Part shown: in pieces, positions 6,924-14,238 of the stretch
Numbering within the stretch: position 1 is the stretch's first letter
Layout: the number at the start of each line of letters is the position of its first letter
Assembly (NCBI GenBank): GCA_035638255.1
Contig: DASRAJ010000034.1
Span: forward strand, 1-15,716
Direction: 5' to 3'
Length of the DNA: 15,716 nucleotides
Source: Chitinophagales bacterium
GTDB taxonomy: Bacteria > Bacteroidota > Bacteroidia > Chitinophagales > UBA10324
The notes under the pieces: model-generated
The model's input: only the letters and a program-made list of their open reading frames with translations
The model's database searches: none
What the model was told of the DNA's origin: nothing
Program-made: the position numbers and the translations under genes

Positions 6924-8579
6924 TCAATCCTGCTTCACAAAATTCCCCACCATACTCTCACCGGATTTGCTGATGAGAATTTGTAGTGTGTAAAATCCAT
7001 CCGGTAATTTTTCAGTGTTGAGCTGAATGGAAGATGCCTGCTGTTGGAAACCGGAAGCCGGAAGAGTTATAATCCTTCCTTGCACATCATACATGCGTAT
7101 GGTGATTTCAGTAACGTCTGTTGTTGTGCGGATCCCAACATTGAAAAAGAATGGAAGAACAACAGTGAGCAGGTTTTGCACGGGGTTGGGAGAAAGGGAA
7201 ATAAAATTGGCTGATGGTGAAATATCACCTGTGGGCATATCGCTAGATAATTTTATGATCCAGCAATCTCCGAAATAGCCACCATGCAATCCTGAAACAT
7301 CACCGTCATTAGAGGCGGTTAATCCTACGGCAATAAATCCACTATCAGAACTTTGATAAATAGATCTCGCTTCGTCATAATCTGAACCACCAAATGATTT
7401 TTCCCACACGATGCTTCCGGATGAATCCACCTTCAGAATCCAGCAGTCCGCTTCACCATGATTGCCAGTCACTTCACCGTTCGTGGAATTAGAGGCACCT
7501 GCAATAATGAATCCTCCGTCAGCAGTTTGCTGAACAGAATGGGCTGCGTCTACCATGCTTCCTCCAAAGCATTTTTGCCAGATAATGTTTCCATTCCCGT
7601 CTAATTTTACAATCCACTCATCAAAGTCCCCGTGATTTCCGGAAACATCTCCATCATTTGATTTGGATTGCCCTGCGAGAATGTAACCCCCGTCATCAGA
7701 TTGCTGAATAAATGCCTTGTAATCTGTACCATAATTTCCTTCGATATCACTGCCACCCAAAGATTTTTCCCACATCAATGTTCCTGATGAATCTAACTTC
7801 ACAATCCAGTAATCCTTAATGCCATGATTGCCTGTAACATCACCATCAATGGAGTTGGATGTTCCTGCGATGATATATCCTTCATCAGTAGTTTGCTGAA
7901 TGCAGAATGCCTCATCTTCACCGGTTCCTCCCAAAGATCTTTCCCATACTAAGTTCCCTACGGAATCTAATTTCACAATCCAGTAATCAAGACAACCATT
8001 ATCGTAATAGTAGCAGCCATGATGGTTGGTCACGTCTCCATCGTTTGATCCGGACAATCCGGCCACAATGAATCCACCATCGGAAGTTTGATCGATTGAC
8101 CATGCCTGATCTATATTACTTCCTCCCAAACATTTTTGCCAGATTAGATTACCATTGAAATCCAATTTTATGACCCAGTAATCCAGACCTCCGTGATTTC
8201 CGGAAACATCACCATCATTTGTTTGTGCCTGTCCGGCAACAATAAAACCGCTATCAGGAGTTTGTTGAATTGACATAGCCCACTCATCGCCGGTACTACC
8301 GAAGCATTTTTTCCACTCAACGTTTCCTGCTACATCCAGCTTTACAATCCAGGCATCGCCATGATAGAGACTATGATTTCCTACTACATCACCGTCTCCT
8401 GAAGCAGCCATGCCGGAATAAATGAATCCCCCATCAGTAGTCTGGAGAACGCAATTAGCAAGTTCATCAGAAATTCCGCCCATGCAAAGTTGCCATTGGA
8501 GAGAAGGAGCTACTTGTGCGGAGAGCGAATTGAAGAAGCACAATGCTATAGCAGAAATACTGAGGATACCGTTTTTCAT
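6924..8579 (-). CDS. Secreted 7-repeat beta-propeller protein (SBBP-like repeats) with a T9SS C-terminal sorting domain, i.e. a type IX secretion cargo
   Basis: ATG at 8577-8579. The signal peptide is MKNGILSISAIALCFFNSLSAQ. Seven tandem ~55-60-aa repeats have the consensus LGGSxxDxAxSIQQTxDGGFIxAG-SxSNDGDVSGNHGxxDYWIVKLDxxGNLxWxK. The C-terminal ~80 aa (LSPNPVQNLLTVV...MYDVQGRIITL...LPDGFYTLQI...) match the Por/T9SS CTD pattern. Confidence 0.8.
   Translation of the reverse strand: MKNGILSISAIALCFFNSLSAQVAPSLQWQLCMGGISDELANCVLQTTDGGFIYSGMAASGDGDVVGNHSLYHGDAWIVKLDVAGNVEWKKCFGSTGDEWAMSIQQTPDSGFIVAGQAQTNDGDVSGNHGGLDYWVIKLDFNGNLIWQKCLGGSNIDQAWSIDQTSDGGFIVAGLSGSNDGDVTNHHGCYYYDNGCLDYWIVKLDSVGNLVWERSLGGTGEDEAFCIQQTTDEGYIIAGTSNSIDGDVTGNHGIKDYWIVKLDSSGTLMWEKSLGGSDIEGNYGTDYKAFIQQSDDGGYILAGQSKSNDGDVSGNHGDFDEWIVKLDGNGNIIWQKCFGGSMVDAAHSVQQTADGGFIIAGASNSTNGEVTGNHGEADCWILKVDSSGSIVWEKSFGGSDYDEARSIYQSSDSGFIAVGLTASNDGDVSGLHGGYFGDCWIIKLSSDMPTGDISPSANFISLSPNPVQNLLTVVLPFFFNVGIRTTTDVTEITIRMYDVQGRIITLPASGFQQQASSIQLNTEKLPDGFYTLQILISKSGESMVGNFVKQD
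7185..8498 (-). repeat. Seven in-frame tandem repeats of ~165-180 bp, one per propeller blade, inside the T9SS cargo gene
   Basis: The protein-level periodicity (DGGFI...SNDGDV.GNHG...DYWIVKLD..GN..W.K) recurs 7 times. Matching nucleotide similarity is visible, for example the repeated gattccac../ccagta atc..gac motifs. Confidence 0.7.
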
Positions 8580-8776
8580 AATGATGGGTTCTATAGAAGG
8601 GTAGTAGTGATTAAATTATTAGTGGCTAAGTTCTTAATCAAATTTTACAGCAGGAACTATTTATTTGTCAAATCTTACCCGTTCAACTGTTGATAGGGGT
8701 GAAGTTTTTTTGAAGGGAAAATTGGAATCCTGCTTACTCGGCTCGCGCGGATAGGCCAAGAAGGTAAATACAGGAG

Positions 8777-8848
8777 TTTTATCTTTGGATTAGATAGAAT
8801 TTATTTCGGCAAATGAGTTCGATGGAGTCTGGTAAAAAAAAGCTGACT
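8777..8848. repeat. Copy Y of the ~70-bp conserved element (TTTTATCTTTGGATTAGATAGAATTTATTTCGGCAAATGAGTTCGATGGAGTCTGGTAAAAAAAA)
   Basis: It is a direct repeat of 6837-6905. It lies in the 342-bp divergent intergenic region, ~200 nt upstream of the propeller gene start (8579) and ~75 nt upstream of the + strand TPR lipoprotein gene (8922). Confidence 0.75.
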
Positions 8849-8921
8849 CTTCATTTGTTGGTCTGGCTCAACTCAAAACTCTGCAAGACCAACAACTGCT
8901 CCAAACGGCAATAAAAATAAA

Positions 8922-9860
8922 ATGAAATGTTACCGATTAATATGTCTCTTACTATTGATTTCCTGCTCTCCAGGACAGGATAAATCTGATAAGAAGGGAC
9001 CTCCGTTTGATTTAGAAAATGAATTTGCTAAATCTATAGTTACCGCTCCAGAATCGGATTTTGCAAGAAAATTTTGGCGAGATGAAAGAGAGTATCTACT
9101 TGATACTACTCAAACACTCGACATGTTAATGAAAGACATTTGTGCTACTGAGCCGTTAGAATTTAGTAACCTTTACTCAACCGTTGACTCAATTGCAGGA
9201 GATGAATATGAAAAACTAATTCTTCTCCAGATATTAAAGTCCAAAGGTTTTTCAACAATACAGTGGGGACGTGGAAACATGACAGATGGACCACGAATAG
9301 TCAGTTTCATTCTAACAAACAATGAGTGTAGTTGCGAGGTAGATAAGCTATATTATTCTACTGAAACAAAAGGGACATATAGAGTGACCGAAAGAATTAA
9401 ATGTTTAAAATCTTTAGCACAGATTGACACAGTAAAAATTCTTGATAGCCTTAACAAAGTAATCATCGGCGAACCTTTTAATTCTCAAGCTTACTATGAG
9501 AGGGGATCCATTTACTTTGGAAAAAGAAAATTTCAAAGCGCATTGTCAGATTTTGACCGAGCAATAAAAATAAATCCTGACTATGCGGAAGCTTACAATG
9601 AGCGGGCGAATGCAAAATTTGACGGACAGATTTTCAATAAACAACAACCCTGGGCATGGGATGATTATAGAAAAGCAATCGAGTTAAATCCAAAACTTGG
9701 AAAAGCATACTTCGATAGAGGAATCAGAATGAACATAATTGAAAGTGCAATCACGTCAACATGGGGGTGTGAAGATATTTGTAAAGCGCTTGAATTAGGC
9801 TATCCCAAACAACCCAAGGTGATTGTTGGCAATTGTGACTGTAACAATGTGCGACAATAA
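8922..9860 (+). CDS. TPR-repeat lipoprotein (312 aa)
   Basis: ATG at 8922. The signal peptide has the lipobox LISCSP. The C-terminal half carries several tetratricopeptide-like repeats (AYYERGSIYFGKRKFQSALSDFDRAIKINPDYAEAYNERANA..., AIELNPKLGKAYFDRGI). It ends with a Cys-rich tail, CEDICKALELGYP...GNCDCNN. Confidence 0.7.
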   Translation: MKCYRLICLLLLISCSPGQDKSDKKGPPFDLENEFAKSIVTAPESDFARKFWRDEREYLLDTTQTLDMLMKDICATEPLEFSNLYSTVDSIAGDEYEKLILLQILKSKGFSTIQWGRGNMTDGPRIVSFILTNNECSCEVDKLYYSTETKGTYRVTERIKCLKSLAQIDTVKILDSLNKVIIGEPFNSQAYYERGSIYFGKRKFQSALSDFDRAIKINPDYAEAYNERANAKFDGQIFNKQQPWAWDDYRKAIELNPKLGKAYFDRGIRMNIIESAITSTWGCEDICKALELGYPKQPKVIVGNCDCNNVRQ

Positions 9861-9866
9861 TCTTTC

Positions 9867-11795
9867 TTACTTCTCTTCACTCTTAGGCTGAACTTTATTC
9901 GAAACTTTCTTCGCCAACTCCTTCATCAATTCCAAACCAAGCAATCCGCTGATCGGTCCGTTCGGAGAATCACCCCCTGTAATCAGCACATCGGGAATTA
10001 CTTTGATGTGGTTTGTTCCAATACTCTCTGTGATTTTAAGTTGAGTGAAGTTATCACCGCCCATCGCTTCCACAGCAAGCTTGTACGATGTGGCAGATGA
10101 TTTACCGATGGCGAGAATTTTTTCTGCTTCTGCATTTCCTGTTTTGCTGATGCGCTCTGCCTCTGCGGCCGCAAGCACCTTTACCCGTTCAGCGTCGGCG
10201 ATCGCGAGCATGCGAATTTTTTCTGCCTCGCCGCCGGCGAGTAACTTAAAGCGATCTCCCTCTGCAGTAGATTGAATTCTTATTCCGTTAGCATCGCCGG
10301 TTGCTTTCTTCACGCTCGCATCTGCAATTCTCTCTGCAATCAGCACGCCCTGGTCTGCCTTCACAATTTCTTTTTGAATTTCTGCTATGGCTGTTTCCTT
10401 CTCCAATGACTGTCGTGTTTCCTGCGCTTTCATCTGCGTGTCATACGTTACCTTTTGCTCTTCAGCCAGCTTGCGGTCGGTGAGTGTTTTCATGAGGGTG
10501 TCCGGCGGATTGATGTCACCGATGAGGGTGTCCACTCCAAAAACATTGTATTGATCGAGCACTTTACCGATGTGCTCCCGGGCTGATTCCTGCCGTTCTT
10601 TTCTTGTTCCCAAAAAAGCAATCACGTCAGAATCCTGGGCAGAGTTTCTGAAATAGTTTCCGATAGTTGGCTCGAGTACCTGGCTCACTAAATTGTTCAT
10701 GTTGCCGAATCGTGCAATCACTTTCGGCGCTTCCATCAGCGGGATGTGAATGATCTGCGCCACATCGAGGTTGAAGGGAAACCCATCCTTTGAGCGCACC
10801 GTGATGGTGGAAAGATTTTTATCGAGCTGATGCGATTCGCTTCTTGCATTCGCCCAATTCAAAACAAGGTTGGTGGTAGGCACTAATTCCAGTCGCATGA
10901 TGTATGTGTTGATCGGATATTTTCCCGGACCCAGAGGCTCAGCCCACACGCCTTTCTTGCCTTTCGCTACAATATTTCCGTGCTTAAATTCTACGCCGCT
11001 GAGATCAACTCCTTCTTCACCCACATAAGAAATTACCACTCCCACATAGCCGATTGGAATTTCCGTCATTGCAATTTGATCCAGCTTAACAAACCACGGG
11101 TTGAGATAATAAGAGCCGGCGAGAATTACCTGCTGCTGCAATCCTTTGTTTCCGCCAGCCTCAAGGAACAAATCTGCATCCTGGAAGTTGTTGTGGCCCT
11201 CCACCATCTTACCTGCAATTTGCCCTTGTGGTAATGATTCGCCATCGAGCGTAGTCACGACACCAACCATGCTCTCTTCGACGTAAAGCATATCATGAAT
11301 CGTAATGTCAAAAAGAAATGTGTTGATGCGATAGGAGCCTGCTGTGATCACATCCGTTTGTCTTCCTCTTCTGCCTCCGTTGCGGATGAATGCTTCTCCA
11401 TCCTGGAACATATCACAGGGAACTTTGCGTGCGAGGATGTGCCCGGTCTCCAATTCAGCACCGTCTTTGGCGAGCACCAATCCGATTTTTCCTGTAGGAA
11501 TAATGGTGAATGACTGCATGCTGATTGCATACTGCCAGATCCATTTGCCAAAGTACAGCCCGGGTGCCAGCGGCTTCGCCTGATAACCTGCTTCACCGTT
11601 CACTGCAATGATGCGACCGTCGGGCAGTGATCTGTTTTTCCCGAAGAGCACAAACTTCTTGGTCACCAAGCCCACCTTGTCCTCTGAAACGATGACCATG
11701 CCGAAGAAAAAACGAAGGATGAATTTGTAGAACACAAGGCAGAGCAGAATAATGATTGCCCATACTGCGTAGATGATGAGTTGTTGGTTATCCAT
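9867..11795 (-). CDS. Flotillin-family SPFH/band-7 membrane protein (YqiK/FloT-like)
   Basis: The track start is a TTG at 11834; the ATG at 11793-11795 (MDNQQLIIYAVWAIIILLCLVFY, an N-terminal TM helix) is preferred. An SPFH domain follows. The C-terminal coiled-coil contains the flotillin Ala/Glu-rich repeats (GEAEKIRMLAIADAERVKVLAAAEAERISKTGNAEAEKILAIG). Its stop is 6 nt from the stop of the convergent TPR lipoprotein gene. Confidence 0.85.
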   Translation of the reverse strand: MDNQQLIIYAVWAIIILLCLVFYKFILRFFFGMVIVSEDKVGLVTKKFVLFGKNRSLPDGRIIAVNGEAGYQAKPLAPGLYFGKWIWQYAISMQSFTIIPTGKIGLVLAKDGAELETGHILARKVPCDMFQDGEAFIRNGGRRGRQTDVITAGSYRINTFLFDITIHDMLYVEESMVGVVTTLDGESLPQGQIAGKMVEGHNNFQDADLFLEAGGNKGLQQQVILAGSYYLNPWFVKLDQIAMTEIPIGYVGVVISYVGEEGVDLSGVEFKHGNIVAKGKKGVWAEPLGPGKYPINTYIMRLELVPTTNLVLNWANARSESHQLDKNLSTITVRSKDGFPFNLDVAQIIHIPLMEAPKVIARFGNMNNLVSQVLEPTIGNYFRNSAQDSDVIAFLGTRKERQESAREHIGKVLDQYNVFGVDTLIGDINPPDTLMKTLTDRKLAEEQKVTYDTQMKAQETRQSLEKETAIAEIQKEIVKADQGVLIAERIADASVKKATGDANGIRIQSTAEGDRFKLLAGGEAEKIRMLAIADAERVKVLAAAEAERISKTGNAEAEKILAIGKSSATSYKLAVEAMGGDNFTQLKITESIGTNHIKVIPDVLITGGDSPNGPISGLLGLELMKELAKKVSNKVQPKSEEK

Positions 11796-12071
11796 GATGA
11801 GGGGAATTTTTTTGTTGGAAATTTCAAACTTCAATCATCAAGCTTCAAGAAAATTTCAAGAAGAAAAATTTCAAAACAAAAGCCCTGAACTTTGTCGCGA
11901 ACAATCGGGATGGAATTTGAATCTTTCTTGAAATTTGAATTTTGATTCTTGATACCTGATACTTATTGAATTCACTATTGGTTGTGGCTTGTATAGAGGA
12001 GGTCTTGCGAATGCGCGGGCAAACATCGTGAAAAATCAGACAGTGTCGCAATCTTTAATTCGATATTGATT

Positions 12072-12119
12072 CCGGAAATCCCGGCTTAGAAATCGGATTT
12101 CCTGGAGAAATCGGATTTG
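12072..12119. promoter_or_regulatory. Two 13-bp palindromes, GAAATCGGATTTC (12089-12101) and GAAATCGGATTTG (12107-12119), plus a related CCGGAAATCCCGG (12072-12084)
   Basis: Read directly. GAAATC-G-GATTTC is self-complementary and occurs twice, 18 nt apart centre to centre. It lies ~30 nt downstream of the VOC-GNAT gene stop (12149) and ~280 nt upstream of the flotillin start. Confidence 0.45.
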
Positions 12120-12148
12120 TTTCTAACTAAGAAAGCAGCAGAGAAACT

Positions 12149-12952
12149 TCAGGCATTCTCATCGAACTTCTCCATCCATCTTTCCGGCCAATGAAAAGAT
12201 TTGAAACCAAATTGCTCATACAGGCCATGAGCATCTTTTGTGGCGAGTGTCCATCGCCTTAATCCTTGCAACTCGGGGTGTTTCATTACACACTTCATCA
12301 TCCACTTTGATAATCCTTTGCCGCGGTGATCTTCGAGAATGAAAACATCGGCGAGGTAGGCGAACGTTGCAAAGTCAGTGACTGCTCTGCAGAAGCCAAT
12401 TTGATCTTCATGAAAATAAATTCCGAAGCATAGTGAATTTTCGATTGACTTCTTCACTATTTCCGGAGAGCGTTTGTTTGCCCAATAGGATTGTGAAAGG
12501 AATTGATGAATCAGTTTTTCATTCAGCAATATTTTGTTGGTGCTGATGAGATAATCATCTTTTCTTTCTTCAAAAAAGAATCGCGGAGGATCATAGTTTC
12601 CTGAGGCGAGTCCATAAATATTTCCATCGGGTGCTACAAAATGCGACCATGAAAAATTATTAACTGTACAAGGAGGGCAAAGAAATTTTATTCCTTCAGC
12701 TTCCATTTTCTTCTGCACCTCAGCAACATCATCCACCAAAAACTCTGCAACGGGAGCTGTCGTGAAGTACTTGTTGGATGGAGCCTCTTCAGAAAATATT
12801 TCAACCACATCACCCGAGTGAAGCTGCAACTCCGCGAATGTTTCATCTTCTCTTAAAGAAGACAATCCCATCGTGTTCTTGAGAAAGGAAATTATTTCTT
12901 TGAATTTGGAAGTTCTGATCCCTAACCATGAAATTCTTTTTGCCTGAATCAT
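12149..12952 (-). CDS. Fusion protein: N-terminal VOC/glyoxalase-bleomycin-resistance-fold domain plus C-terminal GNAT N-acetyltransferase
   Basis: ATG at 12950-12952. The first ~120 aa look like a VOC beta-alpha-beta-beta-beta module (ISWLGIRTSKFKEIISFLKNTMGL..., VAPDGNIYGL). The C-terminal ~140 aa carry GNAT motif A (ILEDHRGKGLSKWMMKCVM), with the YEQFGF segment characteristic of the acetyl-CoA binding core. Confidence 0.65.
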   Translation of the reverse strand: MIQAKRISWLGIRTSKFKEIISFLKNTMGLSSLREDETFAELQLHSGDVVEIFSEEAPSNKYFTTAPVAEFLVDDVAEVQKKMEAEGIKFLCPPCTVNNFSWSHFVAPDGNIYGLASGNYDPPRFFFEERKDDYLISTNKILLNEKLIHQFLSQSYWANKRSPEIVKKSIENSLCFGIYFHEDQIGFCRAVTDFATFAYLADVFILEDHRGKGLSKWMMKCVMKHPELQGLRRWTLATKDAHGLYEQFGFKSFHWPERWMEKFDENA

Positions 12953-13048
12953 TGGTGTTCTTTTCCAACAAGGTAATCAGGATTTGAAAATCGCAATTAA
13001 CAGCCTTGGGAATGGAAAAAAAAGAATTGGAGTTACACCAGTGTGGTT

Positions 13049-13093
13049 GTCATTCCTGTAAAGGCCGAATTATCTAACCTTTACAGGAATGAC
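13049..13093. other. Perfect 16-bp inverted repeat hairpin, GTCATTCCTGTAAAGG-(13 nt loop)-CCTTTACAGGAATGAC, 33 nt downstream of the stop of the 13126 gene
   Basis: Read directly. There is no U-tract on either side. It could be a non-canonical terminator, an RNA-stabilising stem-loop, or a protein-binding palindrome. Confidence 0.55.
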
Positions 13094-13125
13094 CTAACTG
13101 TATAGGTCCTTGAAAAGAAGTGAAG

Positions 13126-14154
13126 TCATTTTTCTCCCTTGATCTGCCTTACAATTTCGGTAAAGATTCGTTCATCAATGGTGTTGCTCCCGGCAGAAGA
13201 GCTGATGCCGTAACTTGATAGCATACCTGCTCCGAAGTTTGAGCTACCACTCGGCTTCACGAGCGCATACGGTATTCCATCCTTTGCATGAGTGATATAT
13301 TGATTCAGGCGTACTACGCTGCCACCTCCCTGTTCCATGCTTGCAGAATTGATGACATAAGCATAACCATCACTGTGATTAAGAATGATGGAATCAAATG
13401 TTTCCTGGTTCACTACTTTATAGGGATAAGGATAAATCTTCTTTATCGCAGCCGGTTTTAATTCCTCGTCCAAATCTTTTTCCCGTATAAGCAGTGTCAT
13501 CCCGGCAAGCTTGGAAGAATTGATTTGATACATTTCCCGGATGTCTTTGGCTTTGGCATTTGCGAGCCGCGCATTAAAGTACCAGTGAATCGTTTCCATT
13601 CCCCACTGCAGATCGGCCTTCTTTGGAAAAATATTAGGCAAGCCCACGTAGTAGAGCGGTATTTCCTTATTTATATCTTCAATCAGGTTGATCTTCATAA
13701 TCACAATTTCACCCAATCCTGATTTCTTGTCGTCAGGTTTTAATAAATCGGTTATGCTATAGTCCAATCCGAAATTTTGCATCGTAGTTACGGCGGCATT
13801 TTTCATGGTGTAGCACAACAGCACTACATACGATTTGTTTTTCTCACTTCTCAGCTTGTCAATTTCATCTGCGGTTTTAAATTCGATCTTATCATTAAAG
13901 GTCCAGCATGACTTTGCTACCTGCTGAATGTTCTCATTGTATTCATCAAGCACCTGCTTATACCGGGGCCTCAGATCAGCGTTGCCTTCTTTTTCAAGTT
14001 TCTTGAGCATGCCTGGAGATTCTGATTCAAGCATTACAATTAACGTTCTGTTTTTTGCTTCTTGCAACTCTGAAACTTTTCCTAAACCCCATTGAGCATA
14101 GATGGCAGAGCACGCACAGACAAAACAAAGCAGCGTAAGGAGTGATTTTTTCAT
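13126..14154 (-). CDS. Secreted hypothetical protein (343 aa after start correction) with a Gly/Ser-rich C-terminal region
   Basis: The track start is a TTG at 14262. The preferred start is the ATG at 14152-14154, giving MKKSLLTLLCFVCACSAIYAQ, a signal peptide with an AQ cleavage context. No family was recognised. Confidence 0.55.
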   Translation of the reverse strand: MKKSLLTLLCFVCACSAIYAQWGLGKVSELQEAKNRTLIVMLESESPGMLKKLEKEGNADLRPRYKQVLDEYNENIQQVAKSCWTFNDKIEFKTADEIDKLRSEKNKSYVVLLCYTMKNAAVTTMQNFGLDYSITDLLKPDDKKSGLGEIVIMKINLIEDINKEIPLYYVGLPNIFPKKADLQWGMETIHWYFNARLANAKAKDIREMYQINSSKLAGMTLLIREKDLDEELKPAAIKKIYPYPYKVVNQETFDSIILNHSDGYAYVINSASMEQGGGSVVRLNQYITHAKDGIPYALVKPSGSSNFGAGMLSSYGISSSAGSNTIDERIFTEIVRQIKGEK

Positions 14155-14238
14155 AATGAAAAATGTTTTGTGAAAATCATGTGCGCATAAAAGTAAAGGT
14201 TCTTTTCGCGATACAAAGGAGTAGCTGTAGAAGGGGCC

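Noticed and set aside
7027-7278. 83-aa + strand ORF opposite the T9SS C-terminal domain coding region
   Set aside because: It is antisense to a recognisable CTD and has no features of its own.
8856-8897. 10-bp inverted repeat TTGTTGGTCT...AGACCAACAA just upstream of the TPR lipoprotein start
   Set aside because: It is a single short stem with a 22-nt loop in an AT-rich promoter region. It may be real but is not distinguishable from chance, so it is not reported as a feature.
9858-9869. Convergent stops of the TPR lipoprotein and flotillin genes only 6 nt apart, considered for a shared terminator
   Set aside because: No hairpin fits in or around the 6-nt gap. Termination must occur inside the opposing gene or by a factor-dependent mechanism. 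Nothing specific to report.
10045-11596. Several 60-84-aa ORFs on both strands inside the flotillin gene. They include a Ser/Ala-rich 76-aa + strand ORF (10045..10275).
   Set aside because: The Ala/Ser-rich reading frame is simply the complement of the Ala/Glu-rich flotillin coiled-coil codons. There is no independent support.
11845-12051. 68-aa - strand ORF in the flotillin upstream region
   Set aside because: Its composition is dominated by the AT-rich AAATTTCAA repeats (Lys/Phe/Ile-rich), with no start context or motifs. It is more likely a translation artefact of a repeat-rich leader.
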